Below, in pieces: positions 1-9,801 of a DNA stretch of 34,111 nt. This DNA is from Priapulus caudatus (lineage: Eukaryota): positions 623,530 through 657,640 of the forward strand of contig NW_014577062.1 in assembly GCF_000485595.1 (NCBI RefSeq), given 5' to 3'. The notes beneath the pieces were generated by a model. The model was not told the DNA's origin and made no database searches. It worked only from the letters and a program-made list of their open reading frames with translations. The position numbers and the translations under genes were made by a program. The number at the start of each line of letters is the position of its first letter. Positions within the stretch are counted from its first letter, which is position 1.

Positions 1-705
1 AGGTCAAGATGTGTTAATGGTGGGGGAATATTTTCCCCTTAACTTAAGGTATAGGAGGAAATACAGAATTGCGGCACAAATCTCAACAGCTCGACCTACG
101 CTCTTAATATTCGATGTATAGTGTGATGGGAAGGCAACCCATCACCAGTGCGAAATTGGAGGTCACAGGTCAAAAGGCAGTGGGGGAAAGGTCAGATATC
201 AGACATTTTCTGAGGACATGGTCTAACGGACAGAGCGCAAAACTTTTTTGTTTCAGCGCTGACCTACCATTTTTATCACTTTATTGAAAGGACCATGAAA
301 TCCACTTTCCGCTGACGTGCGAAGAGTAAGTGTCTGATAACATTTTGACCCCCAAGAGGAGGGTTAAACATGAATTTGTTGAGTGTTAACAAAGGACTGA
401 ACTGCTTTTGCTATTAGAGCCCCCTCCTACCTGCCCTTTACCCCCCCCCCTCCACCCGTACTACGCTCGCACTCGACGCATATCCATGATAACATGTTAA
501 TATAGCGAAGTCATTAAAGTTACACAGCTGTATCTTTATTACTGTACTACCAGTAGGTATAGCAAAGCCTATCATAGATTTTAGATCTGTATTAGTAGTA
601 TCCTAGATATATGCTCTGAGTGCGAACGCGGTGCCGTGGCAGGAGGGCGCACTTGATTCGGTTGCCAGTGAGTTTATCAGAAGAATACCTGGCTACAGTA
701 CACGT
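1..705. mobile_element. DINE-1/HINE-like (Helentron-associated) non-autonomous element, copy 1; 5' part outside the window, last ~30 bp missing
   Basis: Colinear and near-identical (mostly 1-bp indels) to ~4846-5585. Bases 1-~415 also match ~8550-8985. Diverges from copy 2 right after ...GGCTACAGTACACGT (705). Family call comes from the termini of copies 2 and 3. Confidence 0.7.
160..172 (+). promoter_or_regulatory. Perfect DR1 nuclear-receptor motif (AGGTCA-C-AGGTCA) carried by the repeat
   Basis: Exact sequence at 160-172, with another AGGTCA at 189-194. Function is not shown. Confidence 0.3.
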
Positions 706-706
706 A

Positions 707-758
707 TATAGCCTGCGTACGGTTGCCGCTGGCCAGCGGCAACCGTACGCGGGCTATA
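707..758. repeat. 52-bp loopless palindrome (possible minimal MITE or end-to-end terminal inverted repeats)
   Basis: TATAGCCTGCGTACGGTTGCCGCTGG|CCAGCGGCAACCGTACGCGGGCTATA: 26-bp arms, one mismatch, TA at both ends. Confidence 0.85.
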
Positions 759-803
759 GTTACTAGAGCTATATGCATGCCAACAACATAATTTAACACG
801 AGT

Positions 804-1180
804 GCTTCCGTGGCCCAGTGGTAGGCATCGTGCACTGTCCACTGAATGCTGTGAGTTTAAACCCTGGCCAGGTTAGTAGATTTTTCTCAAGGTGTAAAAA
901 CCTGGCTCTCAACATTGGAGACTGTGAATCTCCCGTGGCTCGGATTACCACGTAAAATGGCGGTCCCGTCTCTAGAAATACTAGCCAATGGGGACGTAAA
1001 AGAACCACTGAGGGCGCAATTAAAGGAACTCTGGCTGTGACCACCCTCAGTGCCATTTGGCTAAAGGCTGACTACCTGGCTTTACCCAAGCTAGGTCACA
1101 CCTCATGGCTCGCTATAGCCCTTGTCATTATATCCAGTGTAGTGGACACCGACAAGCATGAGAACGTAACATTAATATTA
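804..1180 (+). mobile_element. tRNA-derived SINE with Deu/Nin-like central domain (3' end approximate)
   Basis: A-box-like TGGCCCAGTGG (811-821) and degenerate B box GAGTTTAAACC (853-863) at tRNA spacing. 939-1008 (CTCGGAT..ACGTAAAATGGCGGTCCCGTCT...GGACGTAAAAGAACC) resembles the DeuSINE/Nin-DC core as I recall it. Confidence 0.65.
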
Positions 1181-1377
1181 ATAGAACAAGAGTAGAGTTT
1201 ACACAGTTGACTCAGTTCGACAGTTGTAACTCTGCTCTTGTTGGATTACATTCATTATTGTACCTAGCCACCACAATGCTCGCATTACAGCACACACATA
1301 CATAACAACGTGGTGTCTGAAGCTGGGTTTGCACTATACTGTCTAAGACAGTGTGCAGTACTGTAGTACTGCAGTAC

Positions 1378-2375
1378 CCGAGGCACTTGGAACGTCTCAA
1401 TAAAAAAAAATGTAAACACGAAATGTATTTACTTCCAAAGTATTAATGTTTCTCTACTCTATTTCGCCTATTATTGCCGATAATTACCCGCAAATGCCGG
1501 TCAAATGCTCATCTGCAACACACAAGTACACCGCACGCCTGCCCTGTACACAAACAACATGAATAAGAGAGCAGGTAGGAAAGCGTGATCGCAAAATTTG
1601 CTCGACGCTTGCTTCATTTCTCACGACAACAGACCAAAAACACATCCAACGGCTTCCATCTTGGTATCTATGTGTAGCTAAATGTTCACTTGTTCGAATT
1701 ATAACTTTGTCCTTTGTTCTTACGTACTCCTGCCAGAGATATCTCGTGAAATCCTGCAGGAAATATTCTCTCCGTGAAAATGTAAAGAGGACGAGATGTC
1801 TGTTTATACACGAGTAATGGGGCGCATTGCATGCCGGGATGAGCTGCTGCCTGCCTCCGAGCCTCCGTTTCGAGGCTCGCTAAGCCAAGCATAATGGGCA
1901 CACACACGACTACAGTGATCGATTGAAAGTAGCGCCGTTAGGGATTTTCGGATGATACGTCCTCTTTACATTTTCACGGAGAGAACATTTCCTGCAGGAT
2001 TTTACGAGATATCTCTGGCGGGAGTAGGTAATAACAGAGGACAGAGTTATAATTCGAACAAGTGAACATTTAGCTATTGATAGATACCAAGATGGAGGCT
2101 GTTTAGTGTGTTTTCGTTCTGTAGTCGTGTGAAATGAAGCGAGCGTCGAGCGAATTTTGCGATCACGCTTTCCTACAGGTCTGCTCTCTTATTCATGTTG
2201 TTTGTGCACAGGGCGTGCGTGCGGTGTACTTGTGTGTTGCAGATGAGCATTTGACTGGCATTTGCGGTTAATTATCGGTAATAATAGGCAAAATAGAGTA
2301 GAGAAACATTAAGACTTTGGTAGTAAATACATTTCGTGTTTACATTTTTTTCTTGAGACGTTCCAAGTGCCTGTG
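1378..2375. mobile_element. Foldback-type non-autonomous DNA transposon with ~417-bp terminal inverted repeats (TIRs) and 8-bp TSD (P- or hAT-like)
   Basis: Arm 1378-1793 is the reverse complement of 1958-2375, with a 164-bp spacer. TGCAGTAC flanks both ends (1370-1377, 2376-2383). Ends read CCGAGGCACTTGG and CACAGGCACTTGG. Confidence 0.85.
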
Positions 2376-2822
2376 TGCAGTACAGCCTTGCAGTACTGAC
2401 TTCATGCAGTCAAATTGTCGAATCGTGCCAGTTTCGCTGTTGTACAACCGACAATCGGCAGTGTAAACGTAATAGTCGCGCGACCAACTGGCTGGGAGGT
2501 TGGGAGATTAGGACATGTTTTATTTTCCCAACTCGGTATTGCTGAATTGTATAGATTTTTGCGATGCAGGCCACTCATAGAACAGCCATCAGGAGGTGTG
2601 TCCCTCCGGGGAGAGCATGTTTTTGCTATCGGCACCTTGGTGGCGGGAATTTTAATACATGCACAAATGTGTATCCGCGTCGCCCCGCGCGATTGCCGCC
2701 TCACGGTCGATAACGTAAGAGCTTTGAACATGTATGATGAATATATATATAGAGAGAGGTTGGTAGAAAGAAAAAAAACACCAAGTTGCCTACATAAAGT
2801 CAATAGTGTAAACCCAGCTTAC

Positions 2823-4415
2823 AGGCCAAGACACACTGCAGCGACAGCGACCGACCGTAACGACAAACGACAAAGTCGCGGCGACTGGCGCAGCCACACT
2901 GCAGCGACAGCGACCGACCGTAACGACAAACGACGTTACAGAAAATGAGAAACTATTGTTTCCTATGAGCCATTACACACATTGCACTACATTGCACACA
3001 CACGCGATAATGACCGGCGCAACCTCGACGACAAAAATATTTAGGAACGTTTCTATTCTCCAGCGACAGTGTCGTGAGCGACACTTTACAAATAGCCAAT
3101 CGCAGCCATTTCCATCGGCACGTGACACAACGAGCACGTCATAAGTAACCCATAATGCTAGCCAAGACGTAGATTAGTCTCCGGCGCTAAACTCGCCCCC
3201 CCCCTCCGACTTTTATGTGGACCTCCCCAACTTCTGGAAGACCTTATTTTCTGGGAGGTCCAAAATAGTCCGATAAGCGTTTATTATCGTAAAACATCCA
3301 TATTTCACAGGTGAAAGTTAAAATAAATAAAAACCCCAGGTGGTCAAGTGCAGTGTGATAACTGTGATTCAGAGTCAGATATCTAAATAGAACCCTTGTT
3401 AATATAATTTAGGTTCGACCTTCATAGTACATTCAATCTCACGTGCATGGAACGAGCACGATATTCACCATACTATACCACCATACCACACGTTCGCAAG
3501 CCAACTGTGTCTATATAGCTACGCTGCGTTGTGTTATAGACACACACACAAAATATAGGCCCATCTCCACACAAGCGGCGCGTCGCGGCGCGGCACCGTT
3601 CACCCCTACCGGCAAAGTTCTAATCTATGATATCTTCTGGCGCAGTCTCCACTGACACTGCACGGCGCAGGCCGGGTTTCACGGCGACGGCGAAAGTCAA
3701 ATGAGTTTGACTTTTGCCGGCTGACAGGACGGCGAATAGACAATTGAACCAATCAACGCGATTGTTTTTTATCACGTGTTCTGGAATCGATATTGAAGCA
3801 ATGGCAAAGGATTTTGTTGCAAAGTGTGACTCAAGGAAGGTTACATTTGGTTTCTAACACTGTTCTCTGTTTGCACATGTCAGACATTTGTTTTTGCATT
3901 ATTGTTTTCATCATTATTATTTTCCTCTTCATCTTAATCATGCTAACTGTGTCACACAGTTAGCACAGTCTGTGTGTAGCTTTACTACTAGCTTAAACGA
4001 ATTAATAAGACATTTTGGTATTTTATGTAGGCCCCTATACATGATCCAAGTAATGGTATTCATGACATCACAATTATGCAACACTTCCATCAACACGCTG
4101 AAATACGTGATATTGAACCAATACGTGCATATTCGCTCGCCCGCAGATCACGTTGGGATTAGCTGCTTGGTACCCCCCCCCCCCAACTTTTAACACGTGG
4201 TTGCGCCCTTGATACCTAGAGAGTTTTGCAGCCTGTTATTTAAAAGCAGAGTTTTTGCCATTTGTTCATGTGATGATGTGTACCACTGTGGCGGGTGCTG
4301 GGTGAACTTTGACCTAACGTCGGTCGATGTCGCTGCAGTGTGTTTGCGCCAGTCGCCGCGACTTTTGTCGTTTGTCGTTACAGCCGGTCGTCATCGCTGC
4401 AGTGTGTCTTGACTC
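2823..4415. mobile_element. MITE or non-autonomous DNA transposon with ~95-bp TIRs (PIF/Harbinger-like ends)
   Basis: 2827-2915 (CAAGACACACTGCAGCGAC...CGACAAACGACAAAGTCGCGGCGACTGGCGCA..CACACTGCAGCGAC) matches the reverse complement of ~4316-4411. The left arm has an internal ~40-bp direct repeat. Exact ends and TSD are unresolved. Confidence 0.65.
3557..3720. mobile_element. Possible nested truncated Harbinger-like MITE end
   Basis: Starts AGGCCCATCTCCACAC, has CG-rich subterminal repeats and the hairpin AAAGTCAAA-TGAG-TTTGACTTT. No partner TIR found. Confidence 0.3.
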
Positions 4416-4668
4416 TGATTCGCTGCCGAGCTTTGCTTATCTCACTGTTTACAATCAGCTCCAAATCTGGTGTTCCTGCAGATGGCGCCACTTTCCAACT
4501 GCTACGTAGAATAACTGTCAATGTCAGACCAGTGTCAGAATTAGTTTAAGTTCGTCCACGTTCTGTAAAAGTGTGTCACTGACAAGCCATGGCGCAGACT
4601 AGGAGAGCCACCAACTTTACGAAATTTGTGGTTTTGCTATTTTTACAAACTGGCTTGGAAATTATTAA

Positions 4669-5617
4669 CTGTCGAAGTCAGATGCAGCTTGAAGAATCGC
4701 AATGAATTGTCCGTCCTCCGTCTCGTCCGTCTGTCAGCAGTTGGGCACAAGATTTAACCGCTCGAGCGTATGCAGTCTTGATATTCGGGGGGGGGGGGGT
4801 AAATCGCGTAAAGGCCTTGGGATGTCGAATTAGGGGGCACAGGTCAGGTCCAAGATGTGTTTAATGTGGGGGAAGTATTTTCCCTTAAACTTAAGGTTAT
4901 AGAGGATAATAAGAATTGCGGCACAAATCTCAAAGCGTCGACCTACGCTCTTAATATTCGTGTATATGTGTGATGGAAGGCAACCCATCAATCCAGTGCG
5001 AGAATTGGAGGTCACAGGTCAACAGCAGTGGGGGAAGGTCAGATATCAGACATTTTCTGAGGACATGGTCTAACGGACAGAGCGCAAACTTTTTTTGTTT
5101 CAGCGCTGACCCATTTTTTATCAGCTTTATTGAAAGGACCAATGAAATCATTTCCGCTGACGTGGGCGAAGAGTAAGGTGTCTGAATAATCATTTGTGAC
5201 GCCGTCAAAGAGGAGGGTTAAACATTGAATTTGTTGAGTGTTAACAAAGACTGAACTGCTTCTTGCTATTTAGAGGCGCCCTCCTACCTGCGCTTTACCC
5301 CCGCCCCCGCCTGCCACGCCGACTATCGGGCTCGGACTGCGACCCATATCCATGATACTGTTAATATAGCGCAAGTCTTAAAGTTACCAGCAGCTGTATC
5401 TTTATTAACTGTAGTTTTTTTTGCTACCAGTAACGGTATAGCAAGCCTATCATAGAATTTTAGATCTGTAATTAGTAGTATCCTAGATATATCTCTGAGT
5501 GCGAACGCGGTGCCGTGGCAGGAGGGCGCACTTGATTCGGTTGCCAGTGAGTTTTATCAGAAGAATACCTGGCTACAGTACACGTCAGTTGAGCGCTGTC
5601 GCTCTGCGGCACTTGTT
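4669..5617. mobile_element. DINE-1/HINE-like element, copy 2
   Basis: Begins with GTCAGATGCAGCTTG..AGAATCGC and a degenerate (GTCC)n, as in copy 3. Ends GAGCG-CTGT-CGCTC hairpin + TGCGGCACTTGTT. Body matches 1-705. Confidence 0.75.
5009..5021 (+). promoter_or_regulatory. Perfect DR1 motif AGGTCA-C-AGGTCA (second copy)
   Basis: Exact sequence at the same position within the repeat as 160-172. Confidence 0.3.
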
Positions 5618-6530
5618 ATAACTTGCAGAGATGATTTGAATTATTTGTCATCAGTTTTTGATTTATTTTTATTATATTAAATTGAATAATTATAAATCTT
5701 GAACACAACAAAATATAAAAACTACTACCCAAAATACAGAGTCTTTTTTACCACTTTAAAACAGCTTACATTTAAGCATTTTATTCAGTATGGCTGATAA
5801 TATTTTTGTTGCTGCTTGCTTTTTTTTTAGATTAGAGTTAATGTTTGAATATGTATTGAATGCACCGTGTACCTTCTGTCCTGTATCTTTATCACACTAG
5901 TTTTTGCCACCTAAATTATACACTGTAGTTGTAAATGATTTGTGGTACATTAATCAAACGGCTTGGGGCCAGTGTAAGTATTATTGGTTGTTTGAAAAGT
6001 ATGATTTAATAACACATGTTTAGTTCTGCTAGATTATGAATGATATAAAAGGGTTTGCTTCTCTGTTCATGTGACGTTTATGGATTTTGACAGAACACAG
6101 TTTAATATTATGATATACCTATACAGGAGGGATGTTTGATGTGACAATGAATGAATTTTAATTAGTCATTTGATCCTAAAATGCAAAAGGTCATGTTCAA
6201 AGTGTTTAGTACATGATATGGTTACTCTAACTTGATATTTAGTAGTCTTTTAATAGTTATTTAGTAGATATATTGTGTCATGTAAAGATTTATTGTTTGT
6301 ACTTTGATAAAGTGCGGGAGTGCATCAGTACAAAGTTTATTAGCTGATGCAATAAATGTATCTTGTTGATCTTTAGTCTTTGCATAGCTAATGTTTTTAA
6401 ACATTTAATAACATAACTATATTTATGTAGATAAATACTGATTTGATACTGTTCTCATATTTCCTCATATAGATTCGCTCATAATATTTATGCTGTGTGT
6501 AGCTTCATTTCATGGTTTTATCATTTTCAG

Positions 6531-6664
6531 AACATGCATGAATATATACATTCAGATGACAAGGATGTTTGGCGTAAAGGTAGAGTTGATAAATGGAGAG
6601 TACCTTGATACAAAAGGACCCTACATACTGGTCTGTAATCACCAGAGCTCATTGGACATGATTG
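6531..6664 (+). CDS. AGPAT1/2: 1-acyl-sn-glycerol-3-phosphate acyltransferase (LPAAT), internal exon with catalytic NHQSxxD motif
   Basis: TTTTCAG acceptor, G|GTATAT donor, 134 nt. Encodes TCMNIYIQMTRMFGVKVELINGEYLDTKGPYILVCNHQSSLDMI (motif I, NHX4D). Confidence 0.93.
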
Positions 6665-6830
6665 GTATATCATCTTGACTCATTGTTTAAATGTACAGTG
6701 CATAATAGATCATAAGTAAATAAATACAGGTAGAGCAAGTTAAAATACTAGAAAGGTGTTTTTCCAATAAGGGAGAGATATGTGAATATGAGACTGGACA
6801 TTATTTAATTCTGTTTTACTCTTGTTGTAG

Positions 6831-7006
6831 TGATGGCAAACATTTGGCCAAACAATTGTGTTTGCATGGTGAAGAAAGAGCTTATGTATGCTGGTCCGTT
6901 TGGATTAGCCCTAAAGCTCTGTGGCGCCATCTTTGTTGACAGACGTCAATCGGGGGCAAATAGGCAGACAATGACAGATGTTTTTGCCAACGTTAAAGCA
7001 AAGAGT
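6831..7006 (+). CDS. AGPAT1/2: LPAAT internal exon (motif II, IFVDR)
   Basis: TTGTAG acceptor, GTAAGT donor, 176 nt, in phase with the previous exon. Encodes (V)MANIWPNNCVCMVKKELMYAGPFGLALKLCGAIFVDRRQSGANRQTMTDVFANVKAKS. Confidence 0.95.
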
Positions 7007-7185
7007 GTAAGTGGATTCTACCTCATTTCGTAACATTTTCCATAAAAAGAGATCTGATAATACACAGATAATGCATGCTGCTATTGTCAATGATTGCCTT
7101 TTCTTTCACTGTGTCATTTCTTGAATGATTAATTTCATAATGGTAAATTACGTGCATCTCTTAGTCAAGGCTTGTTGTATTTCAG

Positions 7186-7281
7186 ATTAGAGTCTGGGTG
7201 TTTCCAGAGGGAACTAGGAATCATGAGTTTGGGATGCTGCCTTTCAAGAAAGGAGCTTTTCACCTTGCAGTGACAGCTCAG
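7186..7281 (+). CDS. AGPAT1/2: LPAAT internal exon (motif III, FPEGTR); missed by the ORF track
   Basis: TTTCAG acceptor, CAG|GTGTGG donor, 96 nt. Encodes [32 protein letters not shown]. Confidence 0.96.
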
Positions 7282-7373
7282 GTGTGGCTAAATTTTTATT
7301 TATAAAGAGCAGAGTAAGAGATGTCCAATTGTGTGGCAACTTGGGCGATTGACTATCAAATGTGTTCTGTTAA

Positions 7374-7971
7374 AGGGATGGTAGACTCTAGGATTTTACT
7401 GCATACAACTGTACTTACTGTATAACAAATCGTCTATACCCACACATATTTGTTACCAGATACCTAATTTAATTGTTATAATTAATTACACATCAACGCT
7501 ACGAAATTTGAACGGTGCCATGACACCCGCGACCGTGCTGCCACCCCGAAAAAGTTGCGTATTTGACAATTTATTTTGCACGTTACAGACTGAGGGCTAA
7601 TCACAAAAGTGTAATTGTATTTATACCTAAATGCTATTTAACCGAACGATATTCATTTTAGGGCAAATTTATCCATATTATAACTGAAACTATATGTCGT
7701 TTATAAGATATTACAATCCTTTTGCTTTTAAATTAATAAATAAGAAACACCCTCGGTCTGTAGCCCTTGGCTTAAAAGTGGTTTAGCGCAACTTATCAGA
7801 TCGTGCGCTTTGAGTGGCGCCACCATCGTTGTAATCAAACTGTAGTCGTTAGTTTTAAAACATTTTTGAATAATATTTCTAATGGTGATTGAACCATGAA
7901 ACTTTTTATGTAGCGTAATTTTAACCTAAATTAACTGAAAATAACCCTAGAACCTAGAGTAAACTGTCCCT
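7374..7971. mobile_element. Kolobok-like non-autonomous DNA transposon in an AGPAT intron
   Basis: TTAA on both sides (7370-7373, 7972-7975). Imperfect TIRs AGGGATGGTAGACTCTAGG / AGGGACAGTTTACTCTAGG (15/19). TTAA TSD with purine-start ends fits Kolobok rather than piggyBac. Confidence 0.75.
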
Positions 7972-7997
7972 TTAAACGTCTCATTTGCGTGTTTCAG

Positions 7998-8070
7998 ATT
8001 CCAATTGTGCCAATTGTTGTGTCTTCGTACTCGGAATTCTATAGCAAAAAGGAAAGCCGATTTGGTACAG
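7998..8070 (+). CDS. AGPAT1/2: LPAAT internal exon (motif IV, IPIVPI); missed by the ORF track
   Basis: TTTCAG acceptor, CAG|GTAAAC donor, 73 nt. Encodes IPIVPIVVSSYSEFYSKKESRFGT(G). Confidence 0.95.
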
Positions 8071-8127
8071 GTAAACATTCCATAAGGTGGGAATACTGTT
8101 AGACCAAACAAAATGATAGGCTCGCTA

Positions 8128-8163
8128 TCCCTCTATCTCTATCTCTATGTCTATCTCTATCTC

Positions 8164-8203
<40 letters not shown>

Positions 8204-8263
8204 TGTCTCTACCTCTTCTCTTTGCCTCTGTCTCTCTCTTTTCGTCTCTCTCTCCCTCTCTCT
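8128..8263. repeat. (CTCTAT)n/(CT)n microsatellite
   Basis: Directly visible. Explains the RERERE ORFs. Confidence 0.9.
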
Positions 8264-8346
8264 CGTTTCGTCCACATGCATGCATGTAAGCACTCACGCA
8301 CTTGATTTGCCCTGCAGGCATATTAAAACCTGGTGTGATTTCTCTG

Positions 8347-9801
8347 TTTAGCTCATCTGACGTAGTCAGATGCAGCTTGTAGAATCGCATGATCGTCCGT
8401 GCGTGCGTGCGTCCGTCCGTCCGTCCGTCCGTCCGTCAACAGTTGGGCACAAATCTTAACTCCTCGACGTACGGTCACGATATTCGGGTCGTTGGGGGGG
8501 ATCGTCAAAACGAGTTGGGATGTCGAAGCTGGGGGGTCAAAGGGCAGAAGGTTCAGAGGTGTAAAAGAAGGCGGAACATTCACTCCTTAACTTAAGGTTA
8601 TAGGGCAGGGAAATGCAGAGATTTGCGCACAAAATCTAAACGGCAGTTGACCTCGGCTTCGTGATGTAGTGTGTAATCAGCATCATGGTAGGAAAAGCCA
8701 CACTGCTGTCCGAAATTGGAGGTGCACACGCGTCAAAGGTCAGTGGGCAAGGGGCAGATTTTCAGACATTTTCTGAGAAATTGGTCTGACGGCGCGATGG
8801 AAAAACTTTTTTGTGTTCAAGCGGTGACCTAGCATTTTTATGGCTTTATTGAAAGGACCATGAAAGGTCCCTTCTGCTGACGTGCGAAGAGTAAGTGTCG
8901 GATAACCTTTTGACCCTCAAGAGGAGGTAAACTTGGATTGTTGACTGTCGTTAGAAAGAATTGATGCCGGTTTGCTGAGCTAGATCGATACATGCCTGGA
9001 TGTATGACGGTACAATGTCACAGTATAATTTCTAATAAGCTAAATTTGGGTAAAGAAGTGATATTTCCTTAAATCGTATAATTTCTATGCATTCCTGTAC
9101 TGTCAGTATGTTACATGAACGTATGGCACTGCCAGTGGGCGTGCATGTGTTGGAGCAGTTCTTGCCTGCATTAATTGTTGCAGCTGGGCAGCTCTCTAAT
9201 TGCAATTTGCAGCCTGTAGGCTTGCCGTACGCGTAAATGGGATGAGTGCTTACCTAGATGCTGGTCTTGCAAATATGTGGCTATTACGAATGATGGGAGC
9301 TTGCCCATCTTTGATATCTGAAGACACCTTAAACGTACGCGCCATCTCGTGGCAACTTTCATTAACGATTCCAACGAACATTTTTTGCAAGAACGTTCCT
9401 GATACCATCCCTGGATTGCCACTGTTTCGGCGTTGTATGAACACATTCGGGACTAACAGCGTTTACCTAGAATCCCTCCACGCCACCACAGAGTTCCCGC
9501 AGTAGACGCTTAAGTATGAGCGCGTCGCTATGCGGCAACTTGTTACTACGTACGATGGAGCTTCCATCTTTAATCTGAGACACTTAACGTACGTGCATCT
9601 CGTGGAACTTTCGATTAACGATCCAACGGAACATTCCTTGAGAAGGTTCCATGATACCATGCCCTGTGCAATTCCACTGTTTCGGCGTGGTATGTGAACA
9701 CATGGGACTAACAGGGTTTACTAGAATCCCACCACTCCCACCACAGAGTCACCGCTAAGTAGAACGTTAGATGAGGCGCTTCGCGCTCTGCAGCACTTGT
9801 T
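8347..9801. mobile_element. DINE-1/HINE-like element, copy 3, with a tandemly duplicated terminal segment
   Basis: Starts TTTAGCT + hairpin CATCTGAC-GTA-GTCAGATG, then (GTCC)n at ~8411-8437, and shares ~600 bp with copy 2. Ends ...CGCTCTGCAGCACTTGTT in a T-run. ~9283-9544 is repeated at ~9545-9801. Confidence 0.75.

Noticed and set aside
804..875. tRNA gene
   Set aside because: B box is degenerate, no convincing cloverleaf, and it runs into a SINE-type body.
2402..2948. 177-aa and 133-aa ORFs as a possible transposase
   Set aside because: No catalytic motif recognised; the C-terminal repeat is a MITE arm.
5831..5973. Candidate upstream AGPAT coding exon (T-rich AG acceptor, GTAAGT donor)
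   Set aside because: Stops in all three frames and no AGPAT N-terminal similarity.
8318..8382. Alternative last AGPAT exon after CCCTGCAG
   Set aside because: In-phase peptide GILKPGVISLF... lacks AGPAT similarity and runs into the HINE element.
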